A stretch of DNA of 63,867 nt, filler included, from Reticulomyxa filosa (taxonomy: Eukaryota; Protista; Foraminifera), in assembly GCA_000512085.1 (NCBI GenBank). It is 13 parts of 13 records of this genome, joined end to end, with 100 filler letters (N's around TTAATTAATTAA, not from the genome) between each part and the next. Parts side by side here need not be neighbours in the genome. Positions count along the whole stretch, not along the records: positions 1 to 15,271 come from ASPP01009471.1; 12 more parts are not named here. One strand, written 5' to 3'. This document shows positions 1 to 12,353 of this stretch, one piece after another. Made by a program: the position numbers and the translations under genes. How positions within the stretch are numbered: the first letter of the stretch is position 1; every line of letters starts with the position of its first letter. The notes under the pieces were generated by a model. That model ran no database searches. It was not told the DNA's origin and saw only the letters and a program-made list of their open reading frames with translations.

Positions 1-39
1 GATATGTTTTAGGCGTTCAGTTTTCTTTGCAACCTACTG
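1..39 (-). mobile_element. Terminal inverted repeat of a Tc1/mariner-like element, followed by TA at 40-41
   Basis: Reverse complement reads CAGTAGGTTGCAAAGAAAACTGAACGCCTAAAACAT, identical over 36 nt to 32430-32465. Outer end abuts TA; inner side is cut by the window edge. Confidence 0.75.
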
Positions 40-1043
40 TATTATTGTTTTGGAAAAAATCTGAGTTGCAAAATTGGAAAAAAATGTATAAACAGCTAAT
101 TTTTTATAAATTTCGCACTTTTAGTCTTTTATTGTAACTTTTGTTCAAGCAATAAATTGAAATATGTCGAAATGCTAGAAAGTTTATTTCTTGCATAAGT
201 CCGTTGATGTTTTGTAGTGCAAGGCCTAACAGTGTAAAGGGAAGTTCCTGCGTAACCTAGGAAACATCTTTTTTATAACAACTTACTTACCTTTTCTTCC
301 AATTCTCTTATTCTCTTGTTGTTGTTTTATATTCTTCTTTATTTAAACTAGTTTCGTTTTTTGAAAGATTGCTTAAAGAGCAACTATTCGTATTACACTT
401 GGCATTCCCGTCGAGACCAGTACCAACTTCCTGCACTTTACTTAATGAAATGACCATGCAAGAAAAAAATTAAAACACTGAAGATATTTTGTCAGAAAAG
501 ATTGCACACGTTGCAAAAACAATGTGCGTAGACCTGAAGTATTCATGAAGTGTGTATCTTCAATTGAAAATGGCCAAAACTGAAACAAAAAGACATCAAA
601 AAGCACAACATGAAATAAAAGAATATGAATAACAATTGCACGTTTGCAAAAACAAATACCAAAATGAAGCACTTTATAACGATTTTTGGAAATGCAACAT
701 AATTCTGTAATTAATGTTTGTGAAAATCATTATCTCCATTTGCTGTTGGAAGTACTGAACAAGAACAAGTGTTATTTACAATTTTTCACCACAAAAAAGA
801 TAACCTACAATATTCGTGTTAATTTCCAGATTATTAAAAGGTGTGCTTATTCTCCGTAATAAAGAATTGGAATTGAAAAAGATACGACTAATTTTTGGAA
901 CCGTACAGCCAAGGAAGTATGATACAAACGTCAAAAGATAAACCTCGTGTAGTGAAACGACAATGTTTACATTAACAGTGACTCCCACAATATAGATAAG
1001 GCGTATATGCTACTTTCTGAACCAAGGAAAAAAAGACAATGAT

Positions 1044-3191
1044 TTATTCAACACCATAAACTTCTAAAGAAATGATGGTAAAGTTGTCAGACGAAAGAGG
1101 AGGACTGTTGAAAGTGGAACATTTTGTGGTTCTGCCAAAATGGAAATCTGAATCAATATAAATGGCGGGACATTCACCTGCCCCAACAGTGATAGAAGAC
1201 AAGTCTGACCGTACGAAATAATTTTGAGCGCCAGATGGTTTGTAAGTACAAAGACTGCCATCGCTATCGAATCTCCAAACAAAGCAATCGAGAGATCCAC
1301 GATATTCGCCATTGCTAAACCAAGGAGCATCAACAAACGCACCAAAGAAATGACCACCTGTGTCTTTAAGTATAAGAAGAGTTTCATCGGCATCCACGCA
1401 TTTGTCATAGAAAGTATTCATGCTGATGCCGTGTTTTTCGGTGGAATAATAGATTTTCCAATTCCATAGTTTTGTTCGAACAGGACAATGCAAAAGTATT
1501 TGTTTGAGTTGTTCGTCTTTCAAAATCTTTGAGCTTTCGAAATTGCCGGTGAGAGAATGAGTGTCATCAATGGAAAATACAGCAATTACGGCTTTCAACG
1601 ACTCGCTTAAATTCATTAATTGATCGCGTTCGTCCCCGTCCATTGCTTCAAACAAATAGACAACGTCCTTGGACGTGACAACCTTGAGTACGTGAGTTTG
1701 AGTTGTGTCTTTGTTGTTTCCTTTGCGTGTGTACTCAATGGTGACAATGTCCGTGGCCAATTGGATGAAAAGGATATCCGTGTGTATGCTCGTCTCCGAA
1801 CTCTTTGAGTCATGATCCACGGATGAGATATCCAGTAGTTCGTGTTTCAGATCCAAGGGAGTGAACATCAAATGCGTGTTGGATAGACGAAGTGTACCCG
1901 GTCTGTCGAGCAAGTTATCCCTTCGAATGACTTTGCAATAGTATTCGTCTGTGGATTCATTTGTTGTATTTTTACTTTCGATTTCACTTTGCATTTCAAT
2001 ATCACTTTTCTTTTCCTTTTCTTTTTCTTTTTCTTTTTCCTTTTCTTTGTCTTTGTTTTTTTCCAATGTCATCAACTCCTGAACCAATTGCAACTGACGG
2101 GATTTCAAATTGGTATGCGTGCGTTGCAATGTTTTCAAATGCTCGGATGCTTCCTTCTCTTTTTCATTTGTCTTTTTTAATTTTTGCACAAATTCGATTT
2201 TCTTCAAAGAAAGGTTGTTCGAGGCCTCTTCCATCGCGTTCATATCTTCTTTGCATTTGCGAATGTCATTCTGGACATCACTTCGCACCACTGTGGAATT
2301 CGCAAGCTGTTTGTCCAGATCTCGCAGCTCTTGTTCCAAACTCTCCTTTTGTGCATACGCCGCGTTTTTCGAATCTTCCAAAGATCTCAGTGTTTGTTGA
2401 TGCTCCAATGCGATATCCTTCAATCGGATTATTTCTTTTTCTTTTGATACTTTATCTAACAATATTTTCCCCAATTGAATATGTTTGGATTCAATTTCTT
2501 TTTCAAATATGACCGCCTCTGTATCTTGTCCATCAACTATTGTTTCTGTTAATGTTGTCATGACTTCCACTTGCTTCTTTTCATCTTCTGCTTTCAACAG
2601 GTCGTTCGCAATATTTTGTACGTCCACTTTTTTTTCACTTTTGCGCAATTGCGCATCCTTGATCTCTTGGGTCAATTGCTCATGTTTTTGTCTGACTTCG
2701 TCGAGTTGAATCGACATATCCTTTCGCATCTCTTCAATCTTTGGCAATTTTTTGGCCGTTGCGTCCATCACTTCTGTTACATTTTTCAAATACATCTCCA
2801 CGCCTTTCAATTTTTTTTCGACTTTCTCCTTTTCTTCGCTATTCCTTTTTATTTCATTGTTTATTTCTTCTTCCCTTTTCGCATATCCTTGTCTTTTCAG
2901 CTCCATTTCGCTCGTTTCCTTCAACAAAAATGCTCGATTTTCCTCCAAATTTTGAATTCGAAAACTCAGCTCTTGTTTCTCTGCTGCTATTTGCTTGTGT
3001 CCGTTATTCAGCTCCGTTATTTCGGTTACTATGCTGCCTTGCTTCTCTTCCACTCCTTTCATTTCCTCTACTATTGCTTCTCTTATCTCCTCTGTTGTTT
3101 TGCCCGACCATTTCAAACGAAACGAGGATGAAGTGGGTGTCAAATACGAAAGACTGCTGCTTGTCAGCGATTTCAACCACTCGGTGGCCAT
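1044..3191 (-). CDS. Coiled-coil + GRAM/PH-like + C-terminal TLDc domain protein (OXR1/NCOA7-like TLDc)
   Basis: Single long ORF, first ATG at 3191. TLDc motifs WKIYYSTEKHGISMNTFY, LILKDTGGHFFGAF, SITVGAG, AIYIDSDFHFGRTTKCSTFNSPPLS, LEVYG. PGTLRLSNTHLMFTP resembles the GRAM-like region of OXR1 proteins. Confidence 0.9.
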   Translation of the reverse strand: MATEWLKSLTSSSLSYLTPTSSSFRLKWSGKTTEEIREAIVEEMKGVEEKQGSIVTEITELNNGHKQIAAEKQELSFRIQNLEENRAFLLKETSEMELKRQGYAKREEEINNEIKRNSEEKEKVEKKLKGVEMYLKNVTEVMDATAKKLPKIEEMRKDMSIQLDEVRQKHEQLTQEIKDAQLRKSEKKVDVQNIANDLLKAEDEKKQVEVMTTLTETIVDGQDTEAVIFEKEIESKHIQLGKILLDKVSKEKEIIRLKDIALEHQQTLRSLEDSKNAAYAQKESLEQELRDLDKQLANSTVVRSDVQNDIRKCKEDMNAMEEASNNLSLKKIEFVQKLKKTNEKEKEASEHLKTLQRTHTNLKSRQLQLVQELMTLEKNKDKEKEKEKEKEKEKKSDIEMQSEIESKNTTNESTDEYYCKVIRRDNLLDRPGTLRLSNTHLMFTPLDLKHELLDISSVDHDSKSSETSIHTDILFIQLATDIVTIEYTRKGNNKDTTQTHVLKVVTSKDVVYLFEAMDGDERDQLMNLSESLKAVIAVFSIDDTHSLTGNFESSKILKDEQLKQILLHCPVRTKLWNWKIYYSTEKHGISMNTFYDKCVDADETLLILKDTGGHFFGAFVDAPWFSNGEYRGSLDCFVWRFDSDGSLCTYKPSGAQNYFVRSDLSSITVGAGECPAIYIDSDFHFGRTTKCSTFNSPPLSSDNFTIISLEVYGVE

Positions 3192-3642
3192 GAGCAAAAA
3201 AAAAGTTCCCGTAGAGGACGCTTTTGTGCTGTATTTTACTCTATTTGTTCTTTTGCGCCCGTTGCAGGTTATGCAAACATCCTATTTCTGGCACTTTGTG
3301 CGTAGGATTTATTTGTCAATTCATTGATGTTCATGTGCAAGTATTGATATATTTTTTGTCCTTTTACCGTATACTTTTAATATTGAGAAATAAGGGTATG
3401 AAATTGCAAAGAGATCTTTTCGATAGTTTTCAAAATAAATAAAGTTTTTAAAGCATTTAAAAATACAAACATTTAATAGAAAGACATTTTCACAAAATCA
3501 TGATTATATCAATAATGTTTGAAATAGTTTGAAAAACCAATCATGCGACTCACGCAAACCAAGTTTGGAAAGTATTAAAGTCAAAATATTGAAGTCTTTC
3601 ACTAGCCTTTTGTTAATGCCGCGATATAAATCCATACACTTG

Positions 3643-6600
3643 TTATACTGTTTCAAAGTAAAAAGGGCGCAAGTACTTTATTGGATGCTTTTTCTCAAAC
3701 AACATATTTAATTTGGTTACAAGTAACTTATTTGTATATGGATATATGTACACAGCCCTCGCAAATTCTGTGTCTTTGTCTTCGTTGGCATACACTTTGG
3801 TGTTGCGAACCATAGCAACGATAGGATTGCCATCATTATATTTCAGGATAGTATCACTTCCGTTGTCTTTTAAACAAAGCGGAAATCCATTCATGTTAGG
3901 ATAGATTTGTCGTATAGATGTTAGTTGTTGATCTTCGGGAAGAATGGGAGTGTGTCCCTGGAAGATTTTGTTTAAAATATTGTATGTTCACTGTAAGTTG
4001 AAATGGAAAGAAAGAACAAACTCCGTTTTGATGAAATGGCTCTAATGTTGCAAGAGTTTCTCTAAGCATGTTGGATACAGCGTAATTCCACTTTGTGGGC
4101 AATTGTCTCCACTCATCAAATTTTCGTTCGATGATGCACTCCAATTGAGTTTGTCTTTTCTCTAATGCTTGTCTCTCAATCGGTACGTACTCCAAAGCTG
4201 ACAATTGCAAGCTCGGTAAAGAATAGTCTTTGAGCTTTTTGTAATATGTTGCATATTTTCTTTATCGTTAAATAATGGCTTCCATTTTGATTCATTTTCT
4301 AATTGATAAGAAAACTTTTCATCGCAGGGTAAAATATCGGTACTCTGAATATTTACCCAAATTTGCTCCGAGTTAAACACAAGCGAGATATCGTTTAATG
4401 GACAAAGACGAGTAGTCCCTTTGACTTCGGGCACGGTGAACGCCCTACCCGTTACCGCATTTACCAACACTACTCGATCGATTTGTGCGCCGAATGTCTT
4501 CAGTACAATATTTCTTCGTAACACGTATACCTGTCCCAGTTGTGTTGATCACTCTTCCATCGTTTGTTTCTATTTTTTTAAAAAAAACAAGTAGCTGTCC
4601 TTCTTACCGTGTTACCTTCAGGCATGCCTTTTCCAACTGCGAGAAATGTCTGCCAACCAGAACTGGGGTTTTGTTGTTCATACCACAAAAAAAAATTAGC
4701 TAGCAATAGTGCATGCTCTTCCCAATCCCCGTAGCCCAGCTCCAAAAATTCGGAGCACGTAGTCCATACATCCCTCGCTCCTGGAATAAAATGTATGTCG
4801 TCTTGAAATGGAATAGAGCTGACAAACCGAATAAATATATCTGGAGCTACTTTCATTGGAGGCTCCAAAGATCGCACAAATTTGGTTATCAATACAGGTT
4901 CGTTATTTTTATCAGGCACAAACAACTCCAGTGTACGCGATCGTATTCCGGGATACTTTGCCCGCAATTCCTCGCACCAACGATCAATAAATCTTGCAAA
5001 AACGAACAGTAAGATATTTGAATGTTGGACAAAAACACATATTTTCAAATACAATTGAAAAAAGAAAACTTGAAAAAAGGTCTATTCGAAATCCAATCGG
5101 AGTTGTCCCTAATCTTCGACGGCGTACAGAGGATTGGATCAATAGTGGCGACTATCCACAAAAAAGTGGGAGCCAATCCATTGACTGAATAAGAAATGGA
5201 GGCATTTTGATAGCCCAAGTGAATAACAGGCACTCCAACTTGAACATGTGCTTCCACAAGTCCATTCATATACACGGTCGAAAATGGAAGGGCAATACCT
5301 CCGAGCCATCTCTCTTCGTAGTGTTTTATTCGAGTCGATGGTTGACGATAATCGGGACTCTGCTTTTCAATGATTACATGGTCATAAATGTTGATGTGGA
5401 TATGCTCTTGAATCGACTCCAAAGAGGACGGACTGCAGATATCTCCAGGAGGCGTAAATGGCAGGTATAGCGTATGATTCCATTGTGCATGTGGACCTTA
5501 TCCAGTTGTTTATTCATGAGTTTAACAAAACAGAGCAGACACAATTAAAGGGGAAAAAAAAGTTACATCAAATATTGAAAATAGAGCGTGAATTCTGTTA
5601 CCAATACTCGGCAATGTTTTTGCTTTTGCACTCAGAAATGACACTTCGACAAATGGCTCTACTGTACCTTCTTGAAAACCCAGGGACGTGTTCGTCATCC
5701 TGTTTACGAAATTCAAGTCAGAAGAAAGGAAACAAACGATAAAATAAAAAGAATACCCGAGAGAGGACAATTTGCGCACAGGCAAGTTATTGCATTTCAC
5801 AATTTCCACAATCAGTGTGCACGAATTAGCGGACGTGGCCGAGTCTCCTTTTTGGAGATTGAGTTCGTGAAACGGAGACTCTTTTTTTTTTGAGCGTGTC
5901 CACCACTCCAAAGAGAACAAGTCATCCGAAAAGTGATGCTCCCGGATCAATTCACTTACACTTTTGTGAGCGTATTGCATTCGATGATGAATCTACATAT
6001 GCAAACACACACATACACAATGACAAGGTTATAAAAGTGCTTCCTAAGCAAGTTCCTTTGGCTCTACTTTTTGTTTGAACCATTTTGTGCTTTGCTGCAA
6101 TTTCAGGCTTGCTTTGATTTATTACAGCCTCATATAAGTGATCTCCAATGTCTTCATCCAATAGTGGTATGATTTCGTCATTTGATATGCCACTCGTGTT
6201 TCGTAAACTGTTTCCCAAACAAATATGCTTATTGTTTTGTCTTATTGTCTTATTTTGTTTCGTATTGACACCAAACTTAAGGGCTTGCTTTCTTATGCTA
6301 GACTCAATTTTTGTCGGTAACAAACAGAGTTCGTTTGGCAAGCTGTCGTCTGATTTATGGAGTAACTCTTTATTTGTTTCTGTCATAAGCTCATTCGGGA
6401 GGTTTGTATGATTTTTATCCTTACGTACGTCCACCTTATTCAAACCATTGTCAAAAACAAACATGTGACAGACAAGCGGCTTGTGAAATAGAAGCAAAAG
6501 CAGATGAAAACAAGCGCAGAAGAGTTTTTCGCTTATTACGCACTGAAACAATAGTGTTCGGAAGAGTCTTGAAATTGGCTGTATACGTAAATATTCGATT

Positions 6601-8848
6601 CGTGTACAGATTATCAAACAGAACAAGTGTTTGTTGTTATTTGTGTCAGTTAACTTTGACAAGCACTCTCATTTCGACGAGATTGCATAAACACGTGCAA
6701 CTGACCTTGGATTTGGCGTTTCCATGATCCATCTGTTGTGAATAGCAATTGTTATGCAAACATCCAAGAAAGGGAGAAAGACATAAATAAAATAAAAAAA
6801 AAGGAGGCATACGCAAAGGCTTGATGTATTCGTCAAATTCAGACAGCGACATGTGTTTATTTGGGTCGATGTTGCTTCCACAAAATGGCACACATTGAGT
6901 GACGCTTTTGAAATGAAGGATTTCGTGAATTGGCAATTGAACAGTTATGACGTGTGAATCCCACCAACCGGAGCGTAGCAATAACTGTTGTTTATCAAAC
7001 AAAACACTCTGGACAAAGGATTTCCATCAAACAAATAAATAAACAAGCTAAGGAACAAACCCTGCAAGTAATATTTTGTGGAAAATCAACCAAGTTGATT
7101 TCGATGTTGCATTGCAACGGACTCACACAGTGTGGAAACGGAATGGGACGATGTTTGCATTTTGTGATGAGTTGGTCATCTACGTATACTGCAAGGATGA
7201 CATTCTGTTTTGCAGCTTGTTTGCGACGCAACTTTTCTGGAGAATTACACAAGTCTATTGGAACAATACCGTCCTCCCACCATGTTTGTTTTGACGATGG
7301 GGACAAGAGATCTTCCTCCTCTCTTTCCTTCTCCTCCAGACTTTTCTCGTTTGTCTCCAAAGAGGTCAATTCGGTGCCCTTCAACAAAGGTACGTATTGC
7401 GCTGCTCCACAAGGTCGCAGGCATTTTTGTTGGCGCGACAATATCTGTCGTCGACATTCTTTTTCATCAAATGCAATTACATTCGGTTCTTGTTTTTGAT
7501 TTCGACTTTGCTTTGTGTTTCTCAATTGTGTCAGTTCCTTCCATTCTATCAGCTACTTACATTTACATATGTATTTCTCCAGAGGGGAAAAAAAAAAGAT
7601 ACGAGATTTGCAAAAATGCAATGAAGAAGACAACCTCTTGAGATAGGTCCGCTTCTCTTTGTTTCAACTCGTCGTCTTTGTTTTCCAATGCGCATTCGTC
7701 CAACAGCAGCTGCAAAGGGTTGCCTTTGTAAAGCGTGGAGTCTCTTAATTGCACCGCATATCGCCCATGACGACTTCTCCAAGATTGTACATTGCTCCAA
7801 TTCGAGTAGACCATTCGAAACGTGGTTTCCATTTGCATTTCAAGGTCGTCTCTTTGTTTGCGACATGCAAGCAATGCTTCCAATGTTTCAATGCATTGGA
7901 CTTCGATGTCGATAGACTTTGTATCTGATGGCTCCATCGTTTTTTTTATTGCTGCGAGTTCTTTACTCCATTTTGCTATGTTGTGCTTACATTCCATTTG
8001 CTCCCTCTACATTTGTCACACAAACTAAGACTTGCTTGTTGTTTAGAAATACAGTGAGTCTCCCTCCTCGAATATACACATGTGCTGAATCATATTGCTT
8101 TTAAATAAAGTTATAACTCGGATTTCATGGAATCTTTCGACTCCACGCTCAATTTGTTTGCACAAGAAATCCTCGATCGTGAAACAAGGCAAGTCAACAA
8201 ATTCAAGTGCGTCAATACTTAACGTCACTGTTATGGGTAAATCATTTGGCTAAGAGCGAAGAGTGAATCAATCCATTCATTTTTGTACACAAAAAAAAAA
8301 AACAACAAATGTTCCCACAATCGCATCTTTGATGCCGTTTTGCCAAAGTTTACCCCGAAAAAAATTTGTTTAAAAAAATTATTTTTTTTTTAAACCAGAA
8401 TTGAAACCGGTTTCATTCGGATCATTTCGATTCCGGTTGAATTTGGATGAAAGGGATTATATCTCAAATTCTGTTCATTAAAAATTGGAGCGATATTTTT
8501 TCTGTGAAGAGCTTCCTTTTGCTCGGAAAAGTCATTTTTGTCCGTTGTCATCTCTTCGCGTTCTTTTCCATTTGAAGCACTTACAGGCGCTTTAACTTGG
8601 CCATTTGGATTTTTTTCCATAACTTTCACATGTTTAGACTCGCTGCTTATGTCTGTGAAATCCAACAAAGTTTTTTTATGCAAGGCAAGTTTCGCGACAA
8701 CAAAACGTTTGGTACCAAAGGTTTGTCTTGGAAACATTTCCCACAAAGACGGCTTGCACAACGGCAACGCTTTGTAGTTGTTCGCTGGTCTTTTCTCTGC
8801 ATCAATGCTTTCTGTTTTTGCTGCGTCATTTGGTTGTTCTAGCATCAT
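3643..8848 (-). CDS. CC2D2A: CC2D2A/MKS6 ciliary transition-zone protein, multi-exon (coiled-coil, C2 domains, CEP76-type transglutaminase-like domain)
   Basis: Collinear exons match CC2D2A: IHINIYDHV..WLGGIALPFSTVYMNG..VGVPVIHLGY (5045-5422), FVSSIPF..DVWTTCSEFLELGYGDWEEHALLLANFFL (4578-5054), CPLNDISLVFNSEQIWVNIQ, GFPL..EFARAVYIYPY. Several internal exon boundaries unresolved; homopolymer frameshift near 4238. Confidence 0.88.
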
Positions 8849-9391
8849 CTTTGTTTATCCAAAAATCTAGTGCTTCCCACTCCTGTCACTTTAAGGGGTT
8901 AAAAAGGTACCTTTTTTTTTCAGCTGATTTTCTTTGAAAAAGTTCAACAAGAGATAGTTTAACATATACTCCAATTAAACTTGTCATTCAAAACTTCATT
9001 ATCTATTTTTCTTGCTGCAAAACGGTGATATACTTTTTTACAAGGACAAGAACCAATTTCAAAGTCAAAAAGAAATCCCAAATCATCTTTAAAGTGGTAA
9101 CGAAATGTGTAAAGTATTTTTCTAAAATACCTATTCAAACAACAATCTTCAAAGACTCATGTTTAAGCACAAACAAGTGAAAGAGGGAAAAAAAAAGGGT
9201 TTGAAAAAGCTCACAATTATATTCCAAAATGAAATCCATAAAAAATTTTTTTTGTCTCAAATCCAAGCCAACAAAAAAAACAAAGAGTGATTAGCCATTA
9301 CTTTCAAAATACAATTTTTCTCAACAAATAAAAAAAAACAACAACCAGCAAAAAAAAAAAAGCAAAGAACCAAACAAAAAGAATGATGAGA

Positions 9392-10860
9392 TCAGTTGTC
9401 ATCTTGAAAGTCATTGACATTGTCTTTTTCGACCAAAAGATAATCCTGAGGGATAGCAAAGATGTCTTCATCAATTTCCATTTCTTTAAAGTTTTGAAAA
9501 GTGACAGTGGCTTTTAGAACATGATATAGGGGCAGTTCCAATTGGACAGGAAATCCTGATGGCATCTTGATTTCCAAAAACTCTTTTAATTTCCTCACAA
9601 GTTTGCCTGTGGTGACATGACAGAAACGTCATCGTACATTAGAAACAAAAGGAAAAGAAAAAGACAAAACTCGCAGGAGCAGCTGCTTCCAAAATGGTAA
9701 GCATTTCATCAACAGTCAAGCCAAAGTCGTTTGAAGTGGCCAGCATAAGTTTGAAGGTCTTCATGGTTTTTCGAATCGGTGCCTGATTAATGACAAAAGT
9801 GGATTGTTGATAGATGGACTTTTCGTCGAACACAGCGGCAACATCATCGTTTTCAGTTCGACTCGTGCTGTTCTCCCAGTCCCTTTCACTGGAGACTTCG
9901 CTGTGTTCGTTGTCATTGTCATTATCATTATCATTTTCATCATCCTCATTGTTGTTGTTGTTGTTGTTACTAGTGCTGTCTTCGTTGTCATGACTGTGCA
10001 GACTGGCATTACTACTCTTCTTTCGCGGTCTGTGTGCAAGTTGACTTGATGACTTGTGTTTGTGTCCTTTTTTTTTCTTTTGAAACACTCGCGACAAAAG
10101 TGAGCCACCGCGCGGCGTGGTCATCGGACTTTCCATGACGGGATTGGTGAAAAAGTTCACTTCCGTGTTTTCATTGTCATCTTCGTCTTTGCGATCTTCC
10201 GATATTTGAAGCGAGGGGTTCTTGCCCACGTGGGTGGAGATATCCATGGACGGCTTCAACAAGTGGAAATACTGTTCCATGGATATGGACGGCGGCATCC
10301 AGTTGGGATAGTCGTAGCGCTTGACGTATTTGGACAGCTTTTCTTTCTTGCCCGCAAAAGGCCCGGGACTGCGCGACTTCTTTCGAATCGACGGCATTGC
10401 CAAGTGACGACTTTGATTTTGCTCCTTTGACTTGTCAATGTCGAGATCGTTGAGACTGTCCGTGAGTTCATTTTCGCTTACTTCCAAGTGACTGCTGCTC
10501 TTATCGTCCGTGTTGCTGCTCGTCTTTTCTTTCAATAGCTTCTTTTTGCGTCGAATGGCCTCCTTCACCTCTTTGGGTATATGTGAGTTCCGTCGTCGCG
10601 CCAGTAAGATCAGATTCGATACTGTGTACGACGCGCATTCTTTGCCATTGACGTCCACGTTTTTCGGATAGCCCAGCCATGTTGTGTTTTGTGTGATTTG
10701 CAGGTCCGCCGTTATCAACTCGGGTGCAAACAGCTCGCTCTGCAACAGCATCTCCACGCTGTCGTCAATGTCCTTTTCCTCGGCCTTCATTTCGTCCGAT
10801 TTCGTTGTCTTTTGACGTGTCTTGTCAATGTGGTTGATTACATGGAACTCCACCACTCCG

Positions 10861-10891
<31 letters not shown>

Positions 10892-11878
10892 TTTTTTCTT
10901 CGACTTTGGATTTATGTCTCGAACAACGGAAATAAACGCCCAAAAAAAACTTTTTTTAAATTTAAAAAAAAAAAAATAGTACCGGTAGTAGTTTTGAAAT
11001 GAAAGAAATATGTCCCCTTTGCCATTTGAGTTGATGAAAGTCGATCAATGAAATATCAATGCGCACGTCACATCCTTTCTTCCAAACTCGAAAAGTGTCG
11101 CTTGGACAAAAACGTGATACAAATGGAATCCATGATGTAAACTTCCAATCGATTTCCACATAAAAATCTTTTTTCTACATTTTTGTTGTTTCGGTCATTT
11201 AAAAAAAAAAAAAAAAAAAAAAGATATTATTTCATTTCTCTTTCTTTCTCCCCTTTATATACATATATGCATGTATACATATATATATATATATATAAAC
11301 TGAACTTGTGCCAACTGTTTCCTGACTCGTGGGGCTCGCAATGACAAGGTCTGCTTCACCAATTTCATATTTGCCACAAACAGCATTTTCAAAATCTCAC
11401 GCTGACTTGTGGACACGGCCTCATTGATACTGGACCATCCCTCCGATGATGTGACGCCAGGCGATGCGCCGTGGTCGAGTAATATTTGCACTCCTTCTTT
11501 CCACGACGTCAGTACGCATAGTGTCAATGCCGTATATCCGTGGTGATCTAATGCGTTGATTGGCTGATTTCGAAATGGAATGAGTGGGTCCGCGCATACT
11601 GGCAGCTTTTTTATGGCCTCCAGCAGCGCGTTCGCATCTTTTGCTATTACTGCTGCATGCAGTGGATAGTTGTCAGGAAGCGCTGGCAATGTCGGCAAAC
11701 GCGTTGACACGCGTGGTTTTGTAGTCGAGGCGTCGTTCTTGTTCTCGTCTTCCTTTCTTTTCTCTTCTGTGTGTGATTCTTCATCTGTGCTTTCTATACT
11801 CTCTTCTCTTTCTTCTTCGCCTCCCTCTTCTTCGACATCACGTTCTTCGGCTCCTCCATTACCAAAAAAACGAAACAT
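9392..11878 (-). CDS. ANKRD13: ANKRD13-family protein (ankyrin repeats + GPCR-chaperone domain), 4 exons
   Basis: Ankyrin repeats ([26 protein letters not shown]), then [41 protein letters not shown] and [32 protein letters not shown]. Introns 11175-11305 and 9607-9670 splice in frame; the middle intron lies in homopolymers and is unresolved. Confidence 0.9.
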
Positions 11879-12353
11879 CTTAATTTTATATATCCTAGTT
11901 TACTTACTTGGTTCGCAAGTTTATCGCTGACTGCGCCTTGCGTCTTAAAAAATATATCTTTAATTAAAATTGAAAATAATTACACAACATTTATGCCTTA
12001 TAGTAAATAAGTAAATATATCTTTGTCGTTTGCCTACTACGTTTGGTTTTCACTGTTACTTTGTTTACAATTTCTTATCACAGAAAGATGTCGGTTAAAA
12101 CAGCTCTTTTCAAATGGAAACTGCTTCAAACACACGTTTTCGTGATCATAAGTGAACTATATCATTTTTGCCCGTGATATTACTAAACTGCGGTCGCTGT
12201 TTTCTTTTACAAAGTTGTATTATCAAGTTTTCAAAATAAATATTGTGACCTTGTACTATTTTTATAGCTTGTATCTTGTCAGACTAAGTAGCGGAACTTA
12301 CAGTTCTTGTAGTTTTTAAGAACTCCTGAAAAGGATCATTATTAAAAAAAAAG

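Noticed and set aside
4225-4245. Frameshift in CC2D2A (also CBS gene near 19317 and RRM gene at 34.3-34.9 kb) as programmed frameshifting
   Set aside because: The CC2D2A and CBS shifts are fixed by one base in a homopolymer, and the RRM shifts lie near simple repeats, typical of sequencing error.
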